From assembly GCA_964490215.1 (NCBI GenBank), contig CAZBAM010000001.1, positions 194,962 through 258,961 of the forward strand: a stretch of DNA of 64,000 bases. The letters run 5' to 3'. The notes beneath the pieces are model-generated. The model searched no databases. It saw only the letters and a program-made list of their open reading frames with translations, and had not been told where the DNA came from. The DNA is from Candidatus Micrarchaeota archaeon. Its GTDB lineage: Archaea; Micrarchaeota; Micrarchaeia; Anstonellales; Bilamarchaeaceae. Made by a program: the position numbers and the translations under genes. Below, one piece after another: positions 18,645 through 27,262 of this stretch (position 1 is the first letter of the stretch; each line of letters begins with the position of its first letter).

Positions 18645-19496
18645 ATGGCTGACAGGATATTGCTTCAATGCAGCAAAAAAAATGACGAGATAGCAGTCGG
18701 ATTTAAACGGGACGTGCGAAACAGCAGGCCAATCCTGGACCACATCAGGAAGCTGGTGAATGGGGCGGCACCGAACCTGACGGTGAAGTGTGCCTTTGAG
18801 ATAGATGGCCGAGCCGATACATCCTACGACTATGTTACCAGGAAAACCACGCCGTGCCCGGATGCCATGGTTGGAGGGAGCTTCATGCTGCTTGCATGCA
18901 CAGCGGACGGAATCAAGCCTTCAGAACTGCTGCAGCCGGTGTATGACTTCTGCGGATGCCTGGATAAATCCCCGTCCATCTGGTATTCTCCGGTGGGCAC
19001 AGCATCCAAGGGAAAATACGAGATATCGGAGGCGCGATTGGAATATCTGCCGCTTCCCGGAGAATTCAGCAGCCAAGCCGGCCTCCCCGGAACGTATTAC
19101 TTGGACAGCACGAAGATGCTTAGGGCCATCGAGAGACTGACGCGACAGCCGATGGACGGCGGCAATGGCGAGATAAGGGGCATGGTTGAGGTGGACGCGT
19201 ATCGCTTCCATAAGAAATGGGAGTTTCAAACCCCCGAACTGAACTGGCGCCTTGCCCAGAGCGGGCTGGTCTCAAAAATCATCTGCAATATGCGGAAGGA
19301 CACGCCTTGGAAGATTAAGACGTCAGGACAACTGAGACCGAACAACCCCGTCACCGACTTGATAGACGAAGTGAAGATGGGAATCATCTACATCAATCTC
19401 CTGAGAGAGCTGAAGGGCGACGACAGCATACACCTGGTTACCGCAGGGCTCCCGGTGTGGGTCTACATAAACAACTACCTGACGAAGGGGCATTAA
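18645..19496 (+). CDS. uncharacterised paralog family, member 3
   Basis: GGAGGATGAGAACATG start context; shares the APNL and YYLDSTKML motifs. Confidence 0.55.
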   Translation: MADRILLQCSKKNDEIAVGFKRDVRNSRPILDHIRKLVNGAAPNLTVKCAFEIDGRADTSYDYVTRKTTPCPDAMVGGSFMLLACTADGIKPSELLQPVYDFCGCLDKSPSIWYSPVGTASKGKYEISEARLEYLPLPGEFSSQAGLPGTYYLDSTKMLRAIERLTRQPMDGGNGEIRGMVEVDAYRFHKKWEFQTPELNWRLAQSGLVSKIICNMRKDTPWKIKTSGQLRPNNPVTDLIDEVKMGIIYINLLRELKGDDSIHLVTAGLPVWVYINNYLTKGH

Positions 19497-19568
19497 CAGG
19501 CCGGACGACGACTGACCCGGCAGGCCGCACCCGCGCACTTTTAAAAATCAGGACAGGGATGATTCATC

Positions 19569-20417
19569 ATGCCAGAGCAGACTTTCGGAGGCGACGACGA
19601 CAGCGGCAGCGCCGAGCCGGAACAGCCGAAACGGAAAATCCAGCTCTCAAAGTTCGGCCTGGCACCGGACGTCAACATCCGGGACGTGTTCTGGAAGCTC
19701 ATGGCGTCCTACGCTGCGACGAAGAAGCCGGGCGTGGAGCTCAAGACGCTGGAGCACGACAGGTTCGCGCTGGTGAGGGTGGCCTTGTCCGTGCTTTCAA
19801 GCCCGCACGGCGAGCAATATGGACTCGCGCCCAGGTTCATCGCCACATACACAGCCGCGATGCTTCTTGAAGGCGGCTGGAAGGACGCGTTCGCAGAGTT
19901 CCTGGAGCGCGGCCAGGAAGACGGCGCGGTGGCGAAAGTGCTGTCTTCGGCGCTCGCGAAGCTCGCGGCAGGCGACGAGCACCGGGAAAGGCTGGGCGAG
20001 TGGTTCGGCACCATGATAAGGGACAGGAACAGCAACGCGGTGGCAGTGGCGTACCTGGCCGGCATGAAGGACGGGAAGTTCGCGGCACGCGTGAAAAAGG
20101 AGCTCATGATAATAGCGAGGGGGGACATAGGCGGGAACCAGCTCAACGCCATAGAGGTCCTGTCCAGGATGAAGGACGACGCCGAGGTGAGGCAGTCGCT
20201 CATAATACTGCTGTCCCACTGGGACGAGGGCGCGAGGGAGGCAGCGGCAGGGGCGCTGAAAGGCATGGCCGGGGACCCGGAAGTCAGGGCGGCTGCGGAG
20301 AAAAGGCTCGGGGAGGAAACTGACGCCGGGATAAGGAAGGTGCTGGAGAAGATAGCCGGCAGGAAGGGAAGTGAACGGCAATCCGAAACGGACCGGCAAT
20401 CCGGGACTGAAGCATAG
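19569..20417 (+). CDS. HEAT-repeat (PBS-lyase type) protein
   Basis: repeated ...AxxALGxxGDPEA...-like units (AVAYLAGMKDGKFAARVKKELMIIARGDIGGNQLNAIEVLSRMKDD...); TTTTAAAAA TATA about 25 nt upstream. Confidence 0.6.
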   Translation: MPEQTFGGDDDSGSAEPEQPKRKIQLSKFGLAPDVNIRDVFWKLMASYAATKKPGVELKTLEHDRFALVRVALSVLSSPHGEQYGLAPRFIATYTAAMLLEGGWKDAFAEFLERGQEDGAVAKVLSSALAKLAAGDEHRERLGEWFGTMIRDRNSNAVAVAYLAGMKDGKFAARVKKELMIIARGDIGGNQLNAIEVLSRMKDDAEVRQSLIILLSHWDEGAREAAAGALKGMAGDPEVRAAAEKRLGEETDAGIRKVLEKIAGRKGSERQSETDRQSGTEA

Positions 20418-20453
20418 TGAGCGGCAGGCAGCGAAGGACGCAGGGGCTTTGAA

Positions 20454-20981
20454 ATGACCGAGATTGTGAAGATACCGCTGGAAAGGGTGAAGGTGCTCAT
20501 GGGCGAGAACGGCAGCACCAGGGGGAGGATAGAGAGGAAGTGCAACGTCACGCTTACCGTGGAGGACGAAGGAGACGTGGAGATAGACGGCGACGCCACG
20601 GACGTGTTCTTCGCCAGGGACGTAGTGAAGGCCATCGGGCGGGGGTTCGCGCCGGGCGACGCGCTCAGGCTCGCGGGCCAGGACTACAACCTCTACCTGA
20701 TACCGCTCAAGGACATCGCGCCGTCCGATAAGGCGATGACGCGGCTCAAGGGGCGAGTCATAGGCAGGGAGGGCAGGATAAAGGGCGACATAGAGAGCGC
20801 CACCCAGTCAGTCCTGAGCGTCTATGGCAACACCATAGGCATAATCTCCCGCATAGACACCATGCCATACGCGAAGGAGGCCATAGGGATGCTGCTGGAG
20901 GGCGCCACGCACGCCGCTGTGGAGGCATACCTGTCCAAGGCAAGAAGGGAGATAATGGACGCCAGGCTCAGGGGCGCCTAG
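20454..20981 (+). CDS. KH-domain RNA-binding protein (archaeal Dim2/Pno1-like)
   Basis: two KH-like GxxG segments (IGREGRIKGDIE..., VKAIGRGF); 175 aa. Confidence 0.55.
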   Translation: MTEIVKIPLERVKVLMGENGSTRGRIERKCNVTLTVEDEGDVEIDGDATDVFFARDVVKAIGRGFAPGDALRLAGQDYNLYLIPLKDIAPSDKAMTRLKGRVIGREGRIKGDIESATQSVLSVYGNTIGIISRIDTMPYAKEAIGMLLEGATHAAVEAYLSKARREIMDARLRGA

Positions 20982-21373
20982 CCGAAGCGTATCTTCGCCA
21001 CGTTCGTGCGGACGAACTTGGAGATGCCAGCGAAATCGGTCTTGTTGAAGACAGCGTCAAAGCCGGCGCGGTCTATTTCCTGCGTGGTGAGGGTGGTGCT
21101 GCCAGGCGTGCGGAGGGTGGCAAGCGCCACCAGCGTGCCTGGCGACATGCGCTTTATCGCGTGCAGGATCTCTATGCCGTCCGTCCGCGCTGGCTGGCTG
21201 AGTGACAGGTCGGTTATGACTATTTCAGGCTTGAAGCTACGGAAGAGCGCGAGGGCTGCACCTGTGGAGTGCACGGGGTTCTTGTAGGGGAGCTCCACGC
21301 CGTCTATGCGCCTCATGCGCCTGAGATACAGTGACATGAATTCCGAGGTGTCTTCGAAAATGGCGACGTTCAC
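20978..21373 (-). CDS. stand-alone CheY-like receiver-domain protein (start uncertain)
   Basis: VNVAIFEDT...EIVITDLSL...DGIEILHAIKRMSPGTLVALAT receiver signature; the 310-aa ORF-track extension upstream looks like GC-rich junk; candidate GTG at 21373. Confidence 0.5.
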   Translation of the reverse strand: MNVAIFEDTSEFMSLYLRRMRRIDGVELPYKNPVHSTGAALALFRSFKPEIVITDLSLSQPARTDGIEILHAIKRMSPGTLVALATLRTPGSTTLTTQEIDRAGFDAVFNKTDFAGISKFVRTNVAKIRFG

Positions 21374-21598
21374 GTTTTTCGTCAGGGTATCGGTCAGGGG
21401 CACGGGTAAAAAGAGCCTAATATTTCTGTTGCATCGTGACGCCCGCCTATCCGGTGCGAACACTGTGCTGGAAAGCACGGGTTCATACAGACAGCGCAGG
21501 TATTTAACCTTTTGCCCCACACTTGGCAACCGGCCAGGGTAAATGATTATTAACCTTCCAACAAAAGAGCATAGCGACCAGTTAACAGGAGGTTCCCG

Positions 21599-23233
21599 AT
21601 GGCAGACGACGACATCTTCAGGCAGTTCAGGGAGCACTCCATCGCGGAATTCTTCAAGAAGAACAGGCAGATGCTCGGCTTCTCCGGCAAGGTCCGCTCG
21701 CTCACCATGATAGTGCACGAGTTCGTGACCAATTCGCTGGACGCGTGCGAGGAGGCTGGCATCCTGCCGGAAGTCCATGTGCACGTGGAGGAACTGGATC
21801 ACGAGACCAAGGACCATTACCGGGTGACGGTGAGGGACAACGGCCCGGGCATACCGAAAAGCCACCTGGGCAAGGCGCTCGGCCAGATGCTGGCAGGCAC
21901 CAAGTTCCACCGCTACCTCCAGCAGAGGGGGCAGCAGGGCATAGGCGCTTCAGCGTGCACGATGTATTCCTACCTCACCACCGGCCAGCCAACGAAGGCA
22001 GTCTCGTGCTACCACGGGAAGAAGCTGACCGCCAACATCACCATAGACTTCAAGAGCAACAAGCCGAACGTGGAGGAGCTTGGGGAGGAGCCCGCAGCCG
22101 AAGGCGAGAGCGGCCTGACCGTGACCGCGGAGTTCAAGGACGTGCGCTACGAACGGAGCGACTACGGCGTGTACGAATACCTGCGGAGGACCGCCCTGGC
22201 CAATCCGCACTGCAGCATCACCCTCCTGGAACCGGACGGGCAGACGTCCGCGTTCCCGCGCTCGGTGCAGGCCAACCCGCCGAGGCCGTTTGAGATAAAA
22301 CCCCACCCGCTGGGCATAGGCACGCACGACCTCCTGGAATTCGCCAGGCACAACAAGGAGAACAGGAAGCTGTCGGCGTTCCTCCAGAACGCGTTCTCGC
22401 GGCTGAGCGCGGCCAAGGTGGAAGAGCTCAGGGCGCTCGTGCCCGGGGTGGATTTTGACAAGAGCCCGCAGGAGCTTGACTGGAACGAGGCCGAGCAGGT
22501 GGTGAAGGCGTTCCAGCAGGTGAAATGGGTGGCGCCGGCCACGGACTCGCTTGTGCCGATAGGCAAGGAGCAGATAGAGCTTTCGTTCTCCAACATCTTC
22601 AGGCCAGAGGTGGTGGTGGTCACTGAGAGGAGCCCCAAGGTCTACAGGGGCGGCATACCGTTCATGGTTGAGGTGGGCGTGGCCTACGGCGGCGGGCTCG
22701 CGTCCGCCGGCAGGAAGGGCGACGTCATGCGCTTCTCCAACCGCGTGCCCCTGCTCTTTGACAGCGGCGGGTGCGCCATCACCGAGACCATAAAGACGAT
22801 GGACTGGAAGCGCTACGACATAAGGAACTTTGAGGAGGAGCCGGTGGCGGTGCTGGTCAACCTCGTAAGCGTGCACGTTCCGTACACCGGCGCTGGCAAG
22901 CAGGCGATATCCCCCGAGGAGGACGTGATGGACGAGATAAAGTTCGCGCTCATGGAAGCGTGCCGCACCGTGCAGAAATACCTGTCCGGCAGGAGGCGCG
23001 CCCACGACATAGCCAACAAGAAGAAGCTGGTGAGCCGCTACGTGGGCCAGCTCTCCTCGGACCTGGCAATCCTTTCCGGGGGGAAAAAGGAACCCATAGA
23101 GAAGAGCCTCGTGCGGATAATAGAGGAGAAATACGCCCAGAAAGACGAAGGGGACGAAGGCGGCGGGAAGGACGAAGCCGGAAAACCTGAGGCCGGAAAT
23201 GAGGGGGGAAAGGAGGAGGGCGATGAGGAATGA
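21599..23233 (+). CDS. top6B: DNA topoisomerase VI subunit B
   Basis: GHKL/Bergerat ATPase motifs (HEFVTNSLDA, RDNGPGIP) and transducer domain; 544 aa. Confidence 0.9.
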   Translation: MADDDIFRQFREHSIAEFFKKNRQMLGFSGKVRSLTMIVHEFVTNSLDACEEAGILPEVHVHVEELDHETKDHYRVTVRDNGPGIPKSHLGKALGQMLAGTKFHRYLQQRGQQGIGASACTMYSYLTTGQPTKAVSCYHGKKLTANITIDFKSNKPNVEELGEEPAAEGESGLTVTAEFKDVRYERSDYGVYEYLRRTALANPHCSITLLEPDGQTSAFPRSVQANPPRPFEIKPHPLGIGTHDLLEFARHNKENRKLSAFLQNAFSRLSAAKVEELRALVPGVDFDKSPQELDWNEAEQVVKAFQQVKWVAPATDSLVPIGKEQIELSFSNIFRPEVVVVTERSPKVYRGGIPFMVEVGVAYGGGLASAGRKGDVMRFSNRVPLLFDSGGCAITETIKTMDWKRYDIRNFEEEPVAVLVNLVSVHVPYTGAGKQAISPEEDVMDEIKFALMEACRTVQKYLSGRRRAHDIANKKKLVSRYVGQLSSDLAILSGGKKEPIEKSLVRIIEEKYAQKDEGDEGGGKDEAGKPEAGNEGGKEEGDEE

Positions 23234-24321
23234 CTGACGCTTCCGCGAAGCTTGATGCGCTCGGCAGGCAGATGGTGGCGCAGATAGGGAAGGGAGAGGG
23301 CCCGACGTTTGAGACCGTCCTGCGCACCAGGAGCAACACCATATACGACGAGGCGCTTGGCTGCCTGCGCACCGGCGACAGGAAGGAGCTCAGAAAATTC
23401 CTCAGCATGGCGCAGGCGCGCACGTTCATGCAGACAGTGGCGATAGGTGCGAAGACGAAGCAGTTCCTGAAGGAGAACCTGCACACGTCCATCAGGGGCC
23501 TTTTCTACCAGCTCAAGTTCACCCTCGGCGAGGACATAGACGAGGACCTCTTCACTGAGCAGAGCGAATCAAACGCATTGATAGAGGATATAGAGGTGGC
23601 GCTCAGGATAAAGAGGGAAGACCTCAACCTCACGACCGACAGGAAGGGATTCGTCGCCGGCCCGATGACCATAATGGACAGGTTCGGCGGCGATGACACG
23701 CTCATAGACCTGGAAAAGCAGGGAAGGAGCGGCTGGAGCATACCAAGCGACGTGGACAACGGCATGGAGATAAAAACGCTGGACGCGGACTACGTGCTGG
23801 TGGTGGAGAAGGACGCGCTCTGGCAGAGGCTGAACGAGGACAAGTTCTGGAAGAAGGAGAACTGCCTGCTGGTGACGCCCAAGGGCCAGTCCACCCGTGG
23901 CACCCGGAGGCTGCTGAGGAAGCTTGCCGACAGGAAGCTGCCGGTTTATTGCCTGATGGACTGCGACGCCTGGGGATGGTACATCTACTGGACCATAAAG
24001 ACAGGCAGTATGAACCTCGCCTACCTGGGCAGGGACTTCGCGGTCCCGGAGGCAAGGTTCATCGGCGTGACCATGAGCGACATAAACGAGTTTGAGTTCC
24101 TGCAGAAGCTCACCATAAAGGCGAAAGACGTTGACGTGAAGCGCGCCGAGGAGATGCTCGGCTATCCCTGGATAAACCGCCATGCTGACTGGGTACGCGA
24201 GCTGAAGATGGTCCTGAAGACGAGGAAGAAGATAGAGCAGGACGCGCTCCAGGGCCAGAGGCTCACGTTCGTGGGCGAATACATAAGGAAGAAGATAAAG
24301 AACAAAGAATGGCTGGCGTAG
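23230..24321 (+). CDS. top6A: DNA topoisomerase VI subunit A (Spo11-like)
   Basis: ATGA overlap with top6B; Toprim region VLVVEKDA...CLMDCDAWG; 363 aa. Confidence 0.9.
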   Translation: MTDASAKLDALGRQMVAQIGKGEGPTFETVLRTRSNTIYDEALGCLRTGDRKELRKFLSMAQARTFMQTVAIGAKTKQFLKENLHTSIRGLFYQLKFTLGEDIDEDLFTEQSESNALIEDIEVALRIKREDLNLTTDRKGFVAGPMTIMDRFGGDDTLIDLEKQGRSGWSIPSDVDNGMEIKTLDADYVLVVEKDALWQRLNEDKFWKKENCLLVTPKGQSTRGTRRLLRKLADRKLPVYCLMDCDAWGWYIYWTIKTGSMNLAYLGRDFAVPEARFIGVTMSDINEFEFLQKLTIKAKDVDVKRAEEMLGYPWINRHADWVRELKMVLKTRKKIEQDALQGQRLTFVGEYIRKKIKNKEWLA

Positions 24322-24562
24322 TTTGACTGCTGCGCGTAGTCTGACTACGGCCCTTACGTCCTCCGTAGTATAAACCAGGCCTCTCTCAGTATAAACCATG
24401 TATCGGTGGACAACTGTTTCTCTTGGGCCACCGAAGCCGATGCTGGTTTCTCTTAGGGGAGGTCTGACTTGTCAGGCCACCGAAGTCTGGGAGGTTCCTC
24501 TTAGGGGAGGTCAGAATTAGGCAAACTGCCGAGCGCCAGCGAGGCCATCCGTCTGTTTTTGG

Positions 24563-24583
24563 GCGCTTTTTCCCAAAAAGCGC
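24563..24583. terminator. palindromic hairpin GCGCTTTTT-CCC-AAAAAGCGC between the convergent top6A gene and the 840-aa gene
   Basis: perfect 9-bp stem containing T5/A5 runs, 6 nt after the minus-strand stop codon. Confidence 0.4.
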
Positions 24584-24589
24584 AGACTG

Positions 24590-27112
24590 CTATCCGCCGT
24601 AAGGCACCTTGTTCGTGCCTCCGTTCGCAGTCGTCCATTTTCTCATCTTGTCCAGGCGCTTCCAGGAAGGGCAGAAGCTGTTCGGGCACTTGTCCCTCAG
24701 GTAATAGTAGGCAGCCATCCTTGACGCCCCGCGGTCCTTGTTCGCGTCGCTTTCGCAATTGCGGACATAATCAACGAAATCAGTGTAACCTTTGTAGCCG
24801 TAGCAGTTGTCAAGCTGGCCTGACACGCATCCTTTTCCATTCGGATTCTGGGCGCAGTAAGCGGCAGTCGTGCTCCAGCTTATGTAGTAATCCCCCACCC
24901 AGTTGTTCACGTCGCTGCCATCAGACGGCCAGGTGCCTGCGTAAAGGTTTGCGGCAATGTATGCTATGAACACCTGGTCCTTGTCAGTGCCTGCCTCCCA
25001 GTCCAGCAGGTTGACACCCCTGTCGTTATGGTATTTGCGGACTTTCTCCGCGGCAATGCGCATCTTCTCAGCGAGTTTCATCGTGCCCACGCACGCCGAG
25101 TCTGCCGCGTTGAATGGGTTGAATGACGTCGGATTGCATGCCTTTGCCAGGTCAAGCCTGATGTCCAGCCCGCGGCGCAGGGCGTCGTTGTATATCGCCA
25201 CGTGGGCCGGGTCGCCGGTCTTGCCGGCCGGCTGGTACGAGTCTGGCCAGTAGTCAATGGGCGGCTCAAGGCTCTGCATCAGGCCCAGGCCGCACCAGCG
25301 CCATGATGGCTGGCTGGTGCCTGAATTTGGCGCATTTGCCAGTGGGCACTGTGCCGCAGGGTCGCTCATGCTGTTGAAACCCGTGGAGTAGCATTCGTCA
25401 TTCGTGCTGTCGTCCGTGTCAAAGCATCCGGTGGTGCCTGGATTGGCTTTGCAGACCTTGGCTGCCTGGCAGGGCTTGAAATTGCTCTCTCCGGCGGCGA
25501 TTGCGCGCACGTAAGACGGGTCAAGGCTGAACTGGCTTGCGAAATAATCAAGCTCAGGGAAGCTGTCGCAGTATGTCAGGGGAACCGACGCCGTACCGAA
25601 TTTGAACGGCGGGTCGCCCAGCTTCTCTGATATGCACGCATCGCAGCGCACCAGGGTGTCGGTGGCCTTTTCCATCTCCGGCTGCCCAGGGCTGAGGAAG
25701 TCGTTGTCGGTGAATGACATCTGATTCACCTGGAATGCCGCGTTGAAGTTCTCATTGCAGGAGCCGGACGCCTGGTCCGGGAAGCGGATGAACGTTCCAG
25801 GCTGTGGTGATATGTCAGTGTCCTGCGCAGTATTGATGCTCTGCTCTGTGTAGGCCTGGCAGCCGCCGTACCACGAGCTTATGCGCTCGTTGTTCTTCCC
25901 GAGGGCGCAGTCAGTGCACGCGAGAGGGTTGCCGAGGCTGGACGCGGTGCTGGTGAAGGAGTATGGCGCGACGCCGATGACGCCTGCCTGCGGAAGGACC
26001 TGGGAATACGTGGCGATGAAGGCCGAATAGCCGTTAATGAGGCTGGACTCGTCCCAGGGGCAGGTGCCGCTGGCGTCGGTGCCGCCTGCGTCAAAAAGCA
26101 CGTATGGGATTATGGATGGCTTGCCGCCTTCCCTATGAAGCGCGTATTCCGAGAATTCCACTGCGGCGTTCCATGCCGAAGTCGGGTCGCAGGAACCGCT
26201 GAAGTCCAGGTAGCGGGAGTCTATGCCATATGCGATGAGGTCAACCTGCTTTGAGATGGCGCTCGGCTTGCAGCTGGCAGGGTCAGTGGGTTTCAGGTTG
26301 CATGCCGCGGGGTCATCTACCATGACCGCGTTGAGCGCATCGTAATCCCCGAGCTTCGGCGCGAGCGCGACCTGGCAGTATATTTTCGGCGGGTTGGTTG
26401 AGCGGTCGTTTCTGCACCCGGTGTTTATGGCTTCTATCTGCGCCTTCACCGCCTCGGCCTGGGAAACGTCGTAATTCATCTCGGTGGTGACGACTACGGG
26501 CCCCACGGGCTTGATGGTGAGCCTGCCCGTGGCCACGTCCTGGCCGCCTGTGCCGAGGACGTTGGCGATTTGCAGCGTCTGCGTGGCGTCTATGTTCTCA
26601 CCATCGCTGTAGAGGACATAGACAGGCATCACGCCCTTGTCAAGCAGGCAGACCGCCCTTGACGCGCTCGGAAGCGGGTAGGGCATGGTCTTGCTGCCCG
26701 CGAGCCATTGCACTGCCATGCCCAGGCGGGTGTTGCAGTAGCCGTTGGCGTCCCCGAAATCCGCGAACGACGGCCCCTGGCCCAGCCTGAAATAATTCAG
26801 GGTGAGGTCCTTGCCGTATCCGCCAGCTCCTATTGACTGGAACTTCTCCGGCTTGCAGTCCTTGTCAAAATAGCAGTAGCCGCCAACGTAGGAGGTCAGC
26901 CAGGGGAAGAACTCGGTGCCCTTCTTGCACACCATGCAGACGCAATTCGCCTCCAGGCAGTTCTGCGTCAGGGCTGAGTCCGATATGGGCACGTTCGCCA
27001 TCTGCTGCACGTAATCGTTGACGTAATACCTGCTGGAAGAGATGTGGTTGAGGCATCCTGCGGCAAGAAGGAACGCCAGCAATGTGATGACCGTCGCAGG
27101 GGCCGCCCTCAT
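24590..27112 (-). CDS. secreted Cys-rich 840-aa protein with a lytic-transglycosylase (SLT/lysozyme-like) domain
   Basis: signal peptide with lipobox-like LAAGC; residues ~515-655 carry YVRAIAAGESNF ... WCGLGLMQ ... AIYNDA (ES / GLMQ / A-YN SLT motifs); about 40 Cys. Confidence 0.5.
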   Translation of the reverse strand: MRAAPATVITLLAFLLAAGCLNHISSSRYYVNDYVQQMANVPISDSALTQNCLEANCVCMVCKKGTEFFPWLTSYVGGYCYFDKDCKPEKFQSIGAGGYGKDLTLNYFRLGQGPSFADFGDANGYCNTRLGMAVQWLAGSKTMPYPLPSASRAVCLLDKGVMPVYVLYSDGENIDATQTLQIANVLGTGGQDVATGRLTIKPVGPVVVTTEMNYDVSQAEAVKAQIEAINTGCRNDRSTNPPKIYCQVALAPKLGDYDALNAVMVDDPAACNLKPTDPASCKPSAISKQVDLIAYGIDSRYLDFSGSCDPTSAWNAAVEFSEYALHREGGKPSIIPYVLFDAGGTDASGTCPWDESSLINGYSAFIATYSQVLPQAGVIGVAPYSFTSTASSLGNPLACTDCALGKNNERISSWYGGCQAYTEQSINTAQDTDISPQPGTFIRFPDQASGSCNENFNAAFQVNQMSFTDNDFLSPGQPEMEKATDTLVRCDACISEKLGDPPFKFGTASVPLTYCDSFPELDYFASQFSLDPSYVRAIAAGESNFKPCQAAKVCKANPGTTGCFDTDDSTNDECYSTGFNSMSDPAAQCPLANAPNSGTSQPSWRWCGLGLMQSLEPPIDYWPDSYQPAGKTGDPAHVAIYNDALRRGLDIRLDLAKACNPTSFNPFNAADSACVGTMKLAEKMRIAAEKVRKYHNDRGVNLLDWEAGTDKDQVFIAYIAANLYAGTWPSDGSDVNNWVGDYYISWSTTAAYCAQNPNGKGCVSGQLDNCYGYKGYTDFVDYVRNCESDANKDRGASRMAAYYYLRDKCPNSFCPSWKRLDKMRKWTTANGGTNKVPYGG

Positions 27113-27135
27113 GATGTGTATTGGTTAGGAAACGG

Positions 27136-27143
27136 ATAAAAAA
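27136..27143 (-). promoter_or_regulatory. TATA box (TTTTTTAT on minus strand) at -31..-24 of the 840-aa gene ATG; implies a leaderless transcript
   Basis: A/T octamer at the canonical archaeal distance from the start codon. Confidence 0.4.
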
Positions 27144-27161
27144 GCACGGGTTGCGACAGCT

Positions 27162-27208
27162 GGTTCCCCCGTGCCGGTTCACGGAGGCATTTCTTATGGG
27201 ATTTCTAC
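27162..27208 (+). repeat. 47-nt exact repeat GGTTCCCCCGTGCCGGTTCACGGAGGCATTTCTTATGGGATTTCTAC, copy 1 (hairpin CCGTG-N6-CACGG)
   Basis: identical to 35497..35543; lies 3' of the giant minus-strand gene after a T-rich tract. Confidence 0.9.
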
Positions 27209-27262
27209 TAATCCAAAGAATGAATCAAAATGAATCAGAAGAAAGGCAAAAGAAAGAAGTCG

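Noticed and set aside
20978-21910. Full 310-aa version of the receiver-domain ORF
   Set aside because: Only the C-terminal ~130 aa look like a receiver domain; upstream translation is junk-like; start placed at GTG 21373 (uncertain).
21950-23005. 351-aa minus ORF within top6B
   Set aside because: Antisense artefact.
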